Shown here: piece after piece, positions 19,128 to 28,327 of the stretch | How positions within the stretch are numbered: position 1 is the first letter of the stretch | Layout: each line of letters starts with the position of its first letter | From: Bacteroidales bacterium UBA1205 | GTDB taxonomy: Bacteria > Bacteroidota > Bacteroidia > Bacteroidales > WCHB1-69 | Length of the DNA stretch: 64,000 nt | Assembly (NCBI GenBank): GCA_002309615.1 | Contig: DBXT01000057.1 | Span: 3,408-67,407, forward strand | Direction of reading: 5' to 3' | Notes under the pieces: generated by a model | The model's input: the letters and a program-made list of their open reading frames with translations, nothing else | What the model was told of the DNA's origin: nothing | The model's database searches: none | Made by a program: the position numbers and the translations under genes

Positions 19128-19372
19128 ATGTTTATACAAACATGTGTTCGGGACAATGAACGGAATATGCGTTGTCGGAAAAGAATATTTAAATCAAGCA
19201 ATTTAAAGAAAGAAATTTTCTCTGTTTGAAAAAAACGAAAATATAGGAATCTGTCATTCACACATTGCTACTACTATGACATTAATATGTATCCTTTGCA
19301 CTTACCGGTTGATTTTTTTTGCAGCAAGAAAAAAAGTTTCCGATAAACATATTTTCGTATTATTATTTTTTA

Positions 19373-19380
19373 TATATTTG
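19373..19380 (+). promoter_or_regulatory. Probable -7 promoter element upstream of the lipoprotein pair
   Basis: TATATTTG(CA) matches TAnnTTTG. Confidence 0.5.
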
Positions 19381-19679
19381 CAAAATGAAATATTTTTACC
19401 TTATGAAATGAAAAAAAACAAATAAAAACTATAATGAAGAAGACGACTCTAATGAAAAATTACTTAACAAAAGGAATAAAGATGTATTTGTTCTTTAAAT
19501 TCCGTAAAAATAAGCCTTTACGACATTTTCGTAATTTATTGTTTTTTATTATATTGTACGTAATGAATGGGGAATATCTAACAAAAGTATCAGTAAAAGT
19601 TTCTTTAGACTCAACATCTGAAAATTACGAATATGAATTACTGATTAATCATATTAAAATAAAGGCAAATCCTGATGAT

Positions 19680-19830
19680 CCTTTCGGCTAAGTTTGTCCT
19701 TCTTTGGGAGAATCGGACTTCAACCGAGAAGGACAAAAGCAAATAAGTGAAGTATCCGCAAGGAGAAGCAGGGAAAACCTTGTAAAAAATCCCGAGTAGA
19801 ATAACATTGTCATTTAAATGTTGTCAACAA
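19680..19830 (+). ncRNA. Candidate structured RNA or leader element of unknown class
   Basis: Perfect 11-bp stem TTTGTCCTTCT(19693-19703)/AGAAGGACAAA(19727-19737), TCC-GCAA-GGA GNRA hairpin and CAGGG-AAAA-CCTTG hairpin, in a GC-richer patch of an AT-rich gap. Confidence 0.35.
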
Positions 19831-19864
19831 ATAAAAATACTGCAAATTTTAAAAATAAACAAAC

Positions 19865-20302
19865 ATGAAAAATTCAAGTAAAATAGCCTTCATAGCAACA
19901 GTAATAACGATAACCGCAACAATAGTTTTTGTTGCCTGCAAAAAAGAATCTACCAATATAGATAAAGTAGCAACTGAACAAGCTGTCAAACAGCAAAAAT
20001 CGGACGATATAACCCCTCCGATTCTTACTTCCACATATTTCATATCAGAAAATGGTCCCGATGGCCCGTTCTTTGATGTTTATGGAAATCCCGTGGATAT
20101 GGCACCAATATTTGAAGAACCTGTAGGAACAGGCGAATTGTCATCGATAAAAGATGTCTATTATGTATCGTGTGATCCTGACAAACCAGCTACCAATTGT
20201 GGTACAGTTTGGGTAGATATTAATGGAGTTGACCAAAAAGGTGTGTATTGGTGTGATCCTAATAGAGAAAGATATGAAATAGACCTTTCGTGGCATTTAT
20301 AG
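19865..20302 (+). CDS. Hypothetical lipoprotein with acidic, Cys-containing C-terminal domain
   Basis: Lipobox IVFVAC followed by KKE; three Cys in the C-terminal part. Confidence 0.7.
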   Translation: MKNSSKIAFIATVITITATIVFVACKKESTNIDKVATEQAVKQQKSDDITPPILTSTYFISENGPDGPFFDVYGNPVDMAPIFEEPVGTGELSSIKDVYYVSCDPDKPATNCGTVWVDINGVDQKGVYWCDPNRERYEIDLSWHL

Positions 20303-20326
20303 CAGAATAATTTAAATTACAATCCT

Positions 20327-21997
20327 ATGAATAAATATTTGTTTTTCATTTTATTTGTTCTTTGTTTTTGGTCATGTAGTCCAAACAAAGACCTATTGCT
20401 CTACGATTACGAAGTAGCTCCAAATCCTACAGATGCCGCCTTGATGTACGAATATTTTCTTACCATACATCCAGAACCTTTTTATAGATGGGGAGAACCT
20501 CATGTTTGGCAACAAATCGGGGACACTGCCTATTATGTAGTATCTGAAAATGGAAATAAAGATACGATATATGTCTATAATTATCAGTCTTTTGAAACAA
20601 AAAAAATACCGCTTACCAAAACTAATGCAAGAGGTATTGATGCGGTATATCTTCATAGCCTTGATTCTGTTTTTTTATTCTATGGTCGCGATTATGTTTT
20701 ATGGAAACGAAAACAAGCAGGTCGTCAAGTGGCAGATATGGTGCTATTAGATGGAGAAGGGAATGTTAAAGAAGAATATTTTTTTGATAATATACCATTG
20801 TTTTGGAAAGATAAAGCAGACAGAGATAAGGTTATTTGGACTATAGGATATAATATTATCGGTAACCGCGTGATAGGTGATGAAATGTTACTGACTTTTG
20901 CGACAAGTCCACATTACTCCAGCGAAGCCTATGCCGATTTTTATCCGAAAATAGCGGCGATGTATAATTTAAAGACCAATAATATTCGTATGTTGAACAT
21001 TCGCTATCCTTCTTCTTGTTTAGGGAAAAAACATGAAGGATATGGAGGAGGTCGTTGGGTTACATTTGGCAGAAATAATGACATTTTCATCGGTTTTGGA
21101 TTTACGCATGAAATATATCGTTATGATTTTGAAAAAGACACTATGGAACTGTGGGATAGTAAATACGACAATGCTTTTGTCAATACCGATTCTGCATCTA
21201 TGAAACCAAATGATAATCACATGACCTTGCGTTTTGACAATCCTCAATGGAACGAACAAGAACAATTTTATATGCGACGTATTGCCATTACATCTTATAA
21301 GGATTATAAGCCCTGGCAGTCAATATTGCAAATAATGGACAGCAATTTTCATCATTTGGGTTATGCCCCTGTTAAAAAAGATTATTCCGATGTTCCCCTT
21401 ATGGATGGAAAAGTTGCTAATATTAAATCTCAAATAGATAAACAGCGGCATTCAGTAAAGTTTTCAAAAAAAGCCAAAAAAGTAAGTGTAACCGATTGGG
21501 AAAATACCTATTTAAAGAAACGCGATTTACCCAAATTCAAAGATAGCATTTATACAATAAGAGCCTATTTTGATTCGTTGAATATTCCGAAAAGAAAATC
21601 TTTAGTGTTGATAATCAATACAAAATATCCTTGTAGTAGTTGTTTTGCATATTTGCTATCCACCATGAAAGAACATGAGGCAGAATATGAAGAAAATGAT
21701 ATTTACTATATTATTTACGACCCCAACGAAGGAAAATTTGCAGATGCTTTACTAAAGGAGCATGGCTTGGAGGGGGCTAAAAATATTCGTGTAGATGCCT
21801 ATTTGTTGGAAAAATTATTTTTGGAAATGGGAATACCAGATTTTTTTCGCAAGTGGGATAGCAACCAATTTACACTTGTGGATTATCTTGCAGACGGAAA
21901 AAGAAGTAGTCACATGGCTTTAACTTTTGAATTGTTACAGCCTTATTTTACGCAAGCCGTTAAAGAACAAATAGAATGGAAAAAGAAGAAAGATTAA
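20327..21997 (+). CDS. Hypothetical lipoprotein: DUF4221/beta-propeller-like region plus C-terminal CxxC thioredoxin-like domain
   Basis: Lipobox FWSC; aromatic-rich beta repeats (YLHSLDSVFL); LVLII..KYPCSSCF. Confidence 0.65.
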   Translation: MNKYLFFILFVLCFWSCSPNKDLLLYDYEVAPNPTDAALMYEYFLTIHPEPFYRWGEPHVWQQIGDTAYYVVSENGNKDTIYVYNYQSFETKKIPLTKTNARGIDAVYLHSLDSVFLFYGRDYVLWKRKQAGRQVADMVLLDGEGNVKEEYFFDNIPLFWKDKADRDKVIWTIGYNIIGNRVIGDEMLLTFATSPHYSSEAYADFYPKIAAMYNLKTNNIRMLNIRYPSSCLGKKHEGYGGGRWVTFGRNNDIFIGFGFTHEIYRYDFEKDTMELWDSKYDNAFVNTDSASMKPNDNHMTLRFDNPQWNEQEQFYMRRIAITSYKDYKPWQSILQIMDSNFHHLGYAPVKKDYSDVPLMDGKVANIKSQIDKQRHSVKFSKKAKKVSVTDWENTYLKKRDLPKFKDSIYTIRAYFDSLNIPKRKSLVLIINTKYPCSSCFAYLLSTMKEHEAEYEENDIYYIIYDPNEGKFADALLKEHGLEGAKNIRVDAYLLEKLFLEMGIPDFFRKWDSNQFTLVDYLADGKRSSHMALTFELLQPYFTQAVKEQIEWKKKKD

Positions 21998-22029
21998 TCT
22001 TTCAAGAAAATACTTATTCATAAACAAGG

Positions 22030-22060
22030 GCAGGGCAACATGTATAAGCCCTGCTTTTTA
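22030..22060 (+). terminator. Intrinsic terminator of the lipoprotein pair
   Basis: GCAGGGC...GCCCTGC stem followed by TTTTT. Confidence 0.65.
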
Positions 22061-22151
22061 TCTAAAAAATATGCAAATTTTTTTTACAGCAAAGAAAAAA
22101 AATTGAACTACCCCCCAAAAATGTATAACATTTGTGATTTTCCGGAGGGGT

Positions 22152-22183
22152 AAAAAAACAAAGGCTGCATTTGCAGCCTTTGT
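22152..22183 (-). terminator. Intrinsic terminator of the dcw operon downstream of ftsZ
   Basis: ACAAAGGCTGCA/TGCAGCCTTTGT inverted repeat with a poly-T run on the minus strand. Confidence 0.85.
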
Positions 22184-22203
22184 GTCAGGTGGATTAAATC
22201 ATG

Positions 22204-23523
22204 TTAATCTATAACATTGCGTAAGTAAGTAGGTTGGTTTTTAATTCCTTCTTTGTCAACAGAATAATCAGACACTTCGTTTTGTTGTTCAAAATTAAGC
22301 GTTTTTTGACGATTCATATTGTTTCTTAAATAAGGAGGCATGCTTAAATAAGAATTAATTTCCTCTTCGCTCATATTACGCAAATCATCGTTATTGATAT
22401 TTTTTTTCTCTTCGGTTTTGTTGTCATTATCTGCAGGACCATCATTGGCGTCAAATTCTATAATGCTGGCAGGTTGATGATCGTTGTCATCGGAAATAAC
22501 GGTGGTTTTTTGCTTAGGAGTGTCTGCATGATTGTGCAATTCGGTTGCAATAATGGTAACACGTATATTTTCACCGAGAGATTCGTCCACACCATGTCCC
22601 CAAATGAATTTTTTGTTCATATTGCATGTTTTGTTTTGCAATTCTTGAGTGATAATATCCAATTCGGCTACACTGGCTTCGTATTCGGTGCTATAAGATA
22701 TGAAGAGCAACATTTTTTCGGCACCATAGATGGAATTGTTATCCAACAGAGGGCTTTCGATAGCTTGTTGTACAGCTTGTAATGCTCTGTCTTCACCGCT
22801 GGCGGAACCGCTTCCGATGATGGCGGTGCCGCTGTTACGCAATATGGTGTCCACATCGCGGAAGTCAACGTTGATGATAGCTTCTACAGTAATAAGTTCT
22901 GCTATACTCTTGGCTGCTATCAAAAGCACGTCATCAGCTTTAGCAAAAGCTTGACTGAGTTTCAAATCAGGATAAAAGGTTTTGAGTGTTTCATTTTTGA
23001 TAACAATGAGGGCATCTACATTTTGGTGCAGTTCTTCTATTCCTTTTTGAGCGGTAACAAATTTTTCATCACGTTCAAATTCAAAAGGAAAAGTAACTAT
23101 ACCCACAGTGAGTATTCCCATTTCGCGAGCTATGCTGGCCACTATCGGGGAGGCTCCTGTGCCTGTGCCGCCACCCATACCGGCGGTAACAAATACCATG
23201 TTGGCATCTTCTATAGCCGCTTTTATTTCTTCTTCACTTTCCAATGCAGCCTCTCTTGCTTTTTCGGGAACGGCACCGGCACCCAATCCTTCTTTTCCCA
23301 ATTGAATTTTTATGGGAATAGGGCTGCTGTCCAATGCTTGCTTATCGGTATTGCATATAATAAATTCTACATCGTGTATGCCCATGTTATACATGTGTTT
23401 TACGGCATTACAGCCACCGCCGCCTACACCTATCACTTTAATTATTGATTTCATCGGGGCCTTTACATTGTCCACTTCCGGAGTGAAATCAACGGAGATA
23501 TCGTCTATATTAAAATCTGTCAT
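22204..23523 (-). CDS. ftsZ: Cell division protein FtsZ
   Basis: [19 protein letters not shown] tubulin signature and NVDFRDV. Confidence 0.97.
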   Translation of the reverse strand: MTDFNIDDISVDFTPEVDNVKAPMKSIIKVIGVGGGGCNAVKHMYNMGIHDVEFIICNTDKQALDSSPIPIKIQLGKEGLGAGAVPEKAREAALESEEEIKAAIEDANMVFVTAGMGGGTGTGASPIVASIAREMGILTVGIVTFPFEFERDEKFVTAQKGIEELHQNVDALIVIKNETLKTFYPDLKLSQAFAKADDVLLIAAKSIAELITVEAIINVDFRDVDTILRNSGTAIIGSGSASGEDRALQAVQQAIESPLLDNNSIYGAEKMLLFISYSTEYEASVAELDIITQELQNKTCNMNKKFIWGHGVDESLGENIRVTIIATELHNHADTPKQKTTVISDDNDHQPASIIEFDANDGPADNDNKTEEKKNINNDDLRNMSEEEINSYLSMPPYLRNNMNRQKTLNFEQQNEVSDYSVDKEGIKNQPTYLRNVID

Positions 23524-23557
23524 GGTAATAAAATGTTATATGGTTTATACTATTAAT

Positions 23558-25060
23558 TTACAATTCTTTATCTTCGTATTCATCGTCATCAAAATTATCA
23601 TCCTCTAAATAACTGTCATCCGTCAGCATAGAGTCTAATATCTTTTTTAATCGTTCCCAAAGCCAAGGTTTGTCGGGTTTTTTCCCTCCGTCTCCTCCTT
23701 TTCCTTCTTTTCCTCCTTTTTTGGTTGATGAGGTATCGGTGTTATTTCCGTCTTCTTCTTCAAACTCTTTCTCTTCCTCTGTTTCTTCTTCGGGAAAATA
23801 CGAATTATTAAAATCAGGATATCCGTAAAGTGCTTCGTTGCGTTCAATTCCCAACAGCATTAAGCCTAATCCTGTAGCGAAAGAAGGATTTTTGTATTCA
23901 TTATTGGATATTTTTATTTTTTCTTCGGGATAACCTATGCGAACGGTAAGACCGGTTTTGAATTCGGCTAATTCTTTCAGACCTTTGAGTTGCGAGCCGC
24001 CGCCGGTGAATACTATACCACAGCCGAGCATATCCATGCACTTGGCATTTTTGAGTTCGGCTACCACGCGTTCAATTATTTCCGACATACGACTATGGAT
24101 AACATTTGCCAATTCTAATTCGGAAATGGTTTTAGGCGGTCTGCCGTGCACCCCGGGAATAGAAATAAGATGATTTTTTGTGGAATCATCAGGCATGCAG
24201 GAACCGTGTTTTATTTTCAGTATTTCAGCCTTGTCACGGGTAATACCGCCAAAAACGGTATAAATATCATCCGAAATCACATTGCTGGCAATAGGAATAA
24301 CAGCACTGTGTCGCATTACTCCGTCGGAAAATACGATAACATCGGTAGTGCCGCCGCCAATGTCAACCAATGCAACACCTATTTCCTTTTCATCTTCGTC
24401 CAAAACCACTTTGGAAGAGGCAATAGGCTCTAATATAAGGCTATCCATATTCAGATTGGAATTCTTTACACACCTGCCTATGTTGCGTATGTGATTGATA
24501 TCTCCGGTGATGATATTAAATTCAGAACCCAATTTTCTTCCCGTTATTCCTTTGGGCTCCAAGGTACGGATGTCGGTATTGATAATATATTCCTGAGGAA
24601 CAACATCCAGCACTTGTTTGCCCGCATCTATAGGGGTTTTAAACATTTCTTCCAGCAGATGATTGATATCTTCTTGGGTGATTACATCATCGGGATTGTT
24701 TCGTTTGATATCTCCGTAAATGCGTTGTGAATGTATGTGTTGACCGGCAATTCCGACCATTACATCTTTCACATTCATATTCAATTTTTTGTTTAAATCG
24801 TTCATCACGAAATTAATGGCATTGGAGGTTTCTGTAATGTTGATTACCTGACCTCTTTGTACGCCTATACTTTCCCGCAAACTGTGTCCTAATATTTCCA
24901 CTTCCCCGTTGTGATTGCGTTTGCCCGCAAAAGCAACAATTTTGGTGGTGCCGATATCCAAACCGACGGCGATATCGCTGTGTTGTTGTGTACGTTCTTC
25001 TTCAGGAGTGAATGCTTCTCCTTCGTTATGTTTCTTCGTTATTTTATCAAAAAATCCCAT
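23558..25060 (-). CDS. ftsA: Cell division protein FtsA
   Basis: GLDIGTTKI, LVDIGGGTTD, TGGGSQL and C-terminal amphipathic WLWERLKKILDSML; dcw position. Confidence 0.95.
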   Translation of the reverse strand: MGFFDKITKKHNEGEAFTPEEERTQQHSDIAVGLDIGTTKIVAFAGKRNHNGEVEILGHSLRESIGVQRGQVINITETSNAINFVMNDLNKKLNMNVKDVMVGIAGQHIHSQRIYGDIKRNNPDDVITQEDINHLLEEMFKTPIDAGKQVLDVVPQEYIINTDIRTLEPKGITGRKLGSEFNIITGDINHIRNIGRCVKNSNLNMDSLILEPIASSKVVLDEDEKEIGVALVDIGGGTTDVIVFSDGVMRHSAVIPIASNVISDDIYTVFGGITRDKAEILKIKHGSCMPDDSTKNHLISIPGVHGRPPKTISELELANVIHSRMSEIIERVVAELKNAKCMDMLGCGIVFTGGGSQLKGLKELAEFKTGLTVRIGYPEEKIKISNNEYKNPSFATGLGLMLLGIERNEALYGYPDFNNSYFPEEETEEEKEFEEEDGNNTDTSSTKKGGKEGKGGDGGKKPDKPWLWERLKKILDSMLTDDSYLEDDNFDDDEYEDKEL

Positions 25061-25072
25061 AGAGTGTTAAAT

Positions 25073-25882
25073 TTATCGTTTTTGACATGGTATTTCGCTA
25101 CCGTATTTTAAATTTATTGATTGATAACGGTCCCAGCCCCTGATGCTGAACCCGTTAATGTATATGCTTTTTAGATTCTGAAATTTGTTGTGTATTACTT
25201 CATCGGAATGGGTTTTATTGTCCAATTTTCCGAATTGTACCACATGTTGCCCTACTGTAGGCACTAATTCTATCTCGTTGTTATCGGTGATGAATATTTG
25301 GCTTATTTGTGCCCGCCAAAATGCATCTTGATAAATATAGGAAGCCAATTTCCAAACACTATATAAGTTAAAAAGTTGTGAAGGAATGGTTTTCTTTTTC
25401 AATACGCTATCGGCGCATACATAAAGGGTGCTGTCAAAGGGTAGGTTGATATTTCCGTTGGCAATTAAAATGCGGTTGGGACAATATTGGTTGACAGGCA
25501 TCAGTCGGCCGGAAGCGGCAATTAAATAGGAGTCATCGTTGCTATTGAATATTCTTGCAATAGCTTCTTCCTGTTCTGCTTTGATGGTGAGAGTGTGCCC
25601 GTGATATACCACATTGACATTTTTCAGATAAGGAAAATGTTCTATGCTATGTTGTATTTTTAAACGGTTCACACTATCTATTTTTTGGTTGAGAATTTTT
25701 TCACAATGCGTATTGATAAAGCTATCCAAAGTATTGATAGAAAACAATGAATCGGAAGGTACGGTAATCAGGTATTCTATTTTGGTAAAAGTTTTTTCCT
25801 TTGCCACTATATGATGAATAATCAAAATAGCAATAATAAACAGTATCAAAAATATGCCGAAGAACACTAATTTTTTATTCAT
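25073..25882 (-). CDS. ftsQ: Cell division protein FtsQ-like
   Basis: Single N-terminal TM, FWRAQISQI, LVPTVGQH.VQFG, Y..INLKY; lies between murC and ftsA. Confidence 0.75.
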   Translation of the reverse strand: MNKKLVFFGIFLILFIIAILIIHHIVAKEKTFTKIEYLITVPSDSLFSINTLDSFINTHCEKILNQKIDSVNRLKIQHSIEHFPYLKNVNVVYHGHTLTIKAEQEEAIARIFNSNDDSYLIAASGRLMPVNQYCPNRILIANGNINLPFDSTLYVCADSVLKKKTIPSQLFNLYSVWKLASYIYQDAFWRAQISQIFITDNNEIELVPTVGQHVVQFGKLDNKTHSDEVIHNKFQNLKSIYINGFSIRGWDRYQSINLKYGSEIPCQKR

Positions 25883-27218
25883 GAGCAAACCTTTCTTTTA
25901 TTGTTTTCACCATTCTGTCTATATCGCCGGCACCCATGGTAAGCAAAACTTCGGGTTTACGGGTGGCAATGTAATCAATAATCTCTTCTTTTTGTAGCAA
26001 CACTTTATCTTTCAATGTGATTTTGTCTAACAAAAATTGAGAGTTGATACCTTCAATAGGCAATTCTCTTGCCGGATAAATGTCTAATAAAACCACACTG
26101 TCCAAAAGACTCAGCACTTGGGCAAATTCATCGGCAAAATCTCGCGTGCGGGTGTAAAGGTGTGGCTGAAAAATACCGCAAATATGTTTATTCGGGTGCA
26201 TCAGTCGGGCCGAAGCGATACAGGCTTTCAGCTCATTGGGATGATGAGCATAATCGTCAATATAAATAAAGCCGGGTTGTTTGATAATATAGTCAAAACG
26301 GCGTTTCACACCTGCAAAAGTCGCCAATTGTTTTTGAATAATATCAGCGTTTATGCCCATGGTTTCGGCAGCGGCAACAGCGGCAACGGCATTTTCTATA
26401 TAATAATTTCCCGCGGTTTCCATGTACACATTTTTTATTGTATGTGAAGGGCATATAATGTCAAAATATTGTTTTTCATCACATATGCGTATGTTGTCAG
26501 CATAATAATCACTGTCTTTATTATTGAGAGAATAGCTGATTATTTTGCATTGCGGGTGAAGCAACGGTATTAATTGCGGTTTGGTAATAAGATATCCTTG
26601 TTTGTTGATCTGACAGGCAAAGGTATTAAAAGCGTCTATGAGAGAATTTTGCGAGCCGTATATATCCAAATGGTCGGCATCCATAGATGTAATAACGGCT
26701 GTGTATGGATGAAGGGTGAGAAACGACCTGTCGTATTCATCGGCTTCTACCACCACTGCTTCGGCTCCTGATTGGAATACATAGTTGGCATGGAAATTAT
26801 TTGCTATGCCTCCTATAAATGCGGAAATAGGTCTGTCTCCGCCTATCAGGTGCGTTAAAATGGCGGAAGTGGAAGTCTTGCCATGACTTCCCGCTACTGC
26901 CAAAGTGCGGTAGAAGTCTGTATCGCAAATATGACCTAATATTTGAGACCGTTTGTACACGGGGATACCTTTTTGTTTCAGGTATGTCAGTTCACGATTG
27001 TCGGCAGGAATAGCCGGTGTGTATATTACCGAATCTATGTCTTCGGGCAGTAATGCCGGATTGTCTTGATAATGAATGTCTATACCTTCACTTATCAAAG
27101 TTTCGGTAAGAGGGGAAGGGGTACGGTCGTAGCCGCTCACCTTCATTCCTTGTTGGTGAAAATAGCGGGCTAAAGCGCTCATACCTATACCTCCTATACC
27201 TAAAAAATAATATCTCAT
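25875..27218 (-). CDS. murC: UDP-N-acetylmuramate--L-alanine ligase
   Basis: GIGGIGMSALA, GSHGKTST, EADEYDRSF, DDYAHHP and FQPHLYTRT motifs. Confidence 0.97.
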   Translation of the reverse strand: MRYYFLGIGGIGMSALARYFHQQGMKVSGYDRTPSPLTETLISEGIDIHYQDNPALLPEDIDSVIYTPAIPADNRELTYLKQKGIPVYKRSQILGHICDTDFYRTLAVAGSHGKTSTSAILTHLIGGDRPISAFIGGIANNFHANYVFQSGAEAVVVEADEYDRSFLTLHPYTAVITSMDADHLDIYGSQNSLIDAFNTFACQINKQGYLITKPQLIPLLHPQCKIISYSLNNKDSDYYADNIRICDEKQYFDIICPSHTIKNVYMETAGNYYIENAVAAVAAAETMGINADIIQKQLATFAGVKRRFDYIIKQPGFIYIDDYAHHPNELKACIASARLMHPNKHICGIFQPHLYTRTRDFADEFAQVLSLLDSVVLLDIYPARELPIEGINSQFLLDKITLKDKVLLQKEEIIDYIATRKPEVLLTMGAGDIDRMVKTIKERFAHE

Positions 27219-28327
27219 TCTATAATTTTGGCTATTTGATCCACAATTTTATCAGCAGCACCCTTCACGGCTAAAGCACTGATAGCATTTTGCATGCTTG
27301 CTTGCTGCTCGGTGTCATTCAATAAGTTTTCCAACAAGGGAAGGCATTGTGTTTGACAATCCGTATCTTTCACCATTAAGGCGGCACCTCTATTTACCAA
27401 TGCCATAGCATTTTTGGTTTGGTGGTCTTCAGCTACATTGGGTGAAGGAATAAGCACGATAGGCTTTCCTACCAGGCAAAGTTCTGAAATGGCGATAGCA
27501 CCGGCTCTTGAAATTACTATATCTGCGGCAGCATAGGCAAGGTCCATACGGGATATGAATTGATGCACTTTGATATACTCTTCCATATTTTCTTTTTTCA
27601 CCGCCGCTGCAGCTTCTTCATACATCCCGCGACCGGTTTGCCATATAAATTGCATAGAATGGTTCTTCACAAAACCAAAGTTATGCATCATCATATTGTT
27701 GATGCTGCGGGCACCCAAGCTGCCGCCTACCACCAATACAATTTTTTTATTGTTGTCAAGTTCAAAATGCGAAATTCCTTCTTCACGGGAGGCGTGCATT
27801 TGTTCTATATCTGCTCGAACGGGGTTACCGGTGAATACTATTTTTTCTTCCGGGAAAAAACGTTCCATTCCATCATAAGCCACGCAAATGGTGTTAGCAT
27901 GGCCGGCTAACATTTTGTTGGTGAGTCCGGCATAAGAATTTTGTTCTTGCACAAGAGTGGGAAAACCCATGGATGCTGCTGTTTTTAGTGTAGGTTCACT
28001 TGCAAAACCGCCTACACCTACCACTATATCGGGATGGAATTCTTTTAATATATGCTTAACCATTCTATGGCTTTTTATCAATTTGAAGGGCAATTGTAAA
28101 TTTTTAATGATATTGCCTATAGATAGTCGGCGTTGCAGTCCGGCAATGGGAAGCCCTTTAATGGTATAGCCTGCTGCCGGCACCTTTTCCATTTCCATTC
28201 TTCCTTCGGCTCCGATAAATAATATTTCGGCATCGGGCCAGCGTTTTTTTACAGCGTTGGCTATTGCTACGGCCGGAAAAATATGACCTCCTGTACCGCC
28301 TCCTGAAATGATGATTTTTTTACTCAT
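27215..28327 (-). CDS. murG: Lipid II GlcNAc transferase
   Basis: GGGTGGHIFPA, EQNS, GNPVR, GGSLGA, SRAGA and HQTKNA motifs; start at MSKK. Confidence 0.97.
   Translation of the reverse strand: MSKKIIISGGGTGGHIFPAVAIANAVKKRWPDAEILFIGAEGRMEMEKVPAAGYTIKGLPIAGLQRRLSIGNIIKNLQLPFKLIKSHRMVKHILKEFHPDIVVGVGGFASEPTLKTAASMGFPTLVQEQNSYAGLTNKMLAGHANTICVAYDGMERFFPEEKIVFTGNPVRADIEQMHASREEGISHFELDNNKKIVLVVGGSLGARSINNMMMHNFGFVKNHSMQFIWQTGRGMYEEAAAAVKKENMEEYIKVHQFISRMDLAYAAADIVISRAGAIAISELCLVGKPIVLIPSPNVAEDHQTKNAMALVNRGAALMVKDTDCQTQCLPLLENLLNDTEQQASMQNAISALAVKGAADKIVDQIAKIIE

Noticed and set aside
19434-19691. 85-aa ORF in the gap before the lipoproteins
   Set aside because: AT-rich, low-complexity translation with no recognisable motif; not called as a CDS, kept only as a possible leader peptide
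19672-19692. CTGATGA followed by a small hairpin, suggesting a hammerhead ribozyme or fluoride riboswitch
   Set aside because: No GAAA core after stem II and no upstream GGCGATGG-type segment; the required conserved elements are missing
19713-19727. GGACTTCAA resembling the tRNA-Sec anticodon arm
   Set aside because: No acceptor stem, T-arm (GTTCG) or cloverleaf around it
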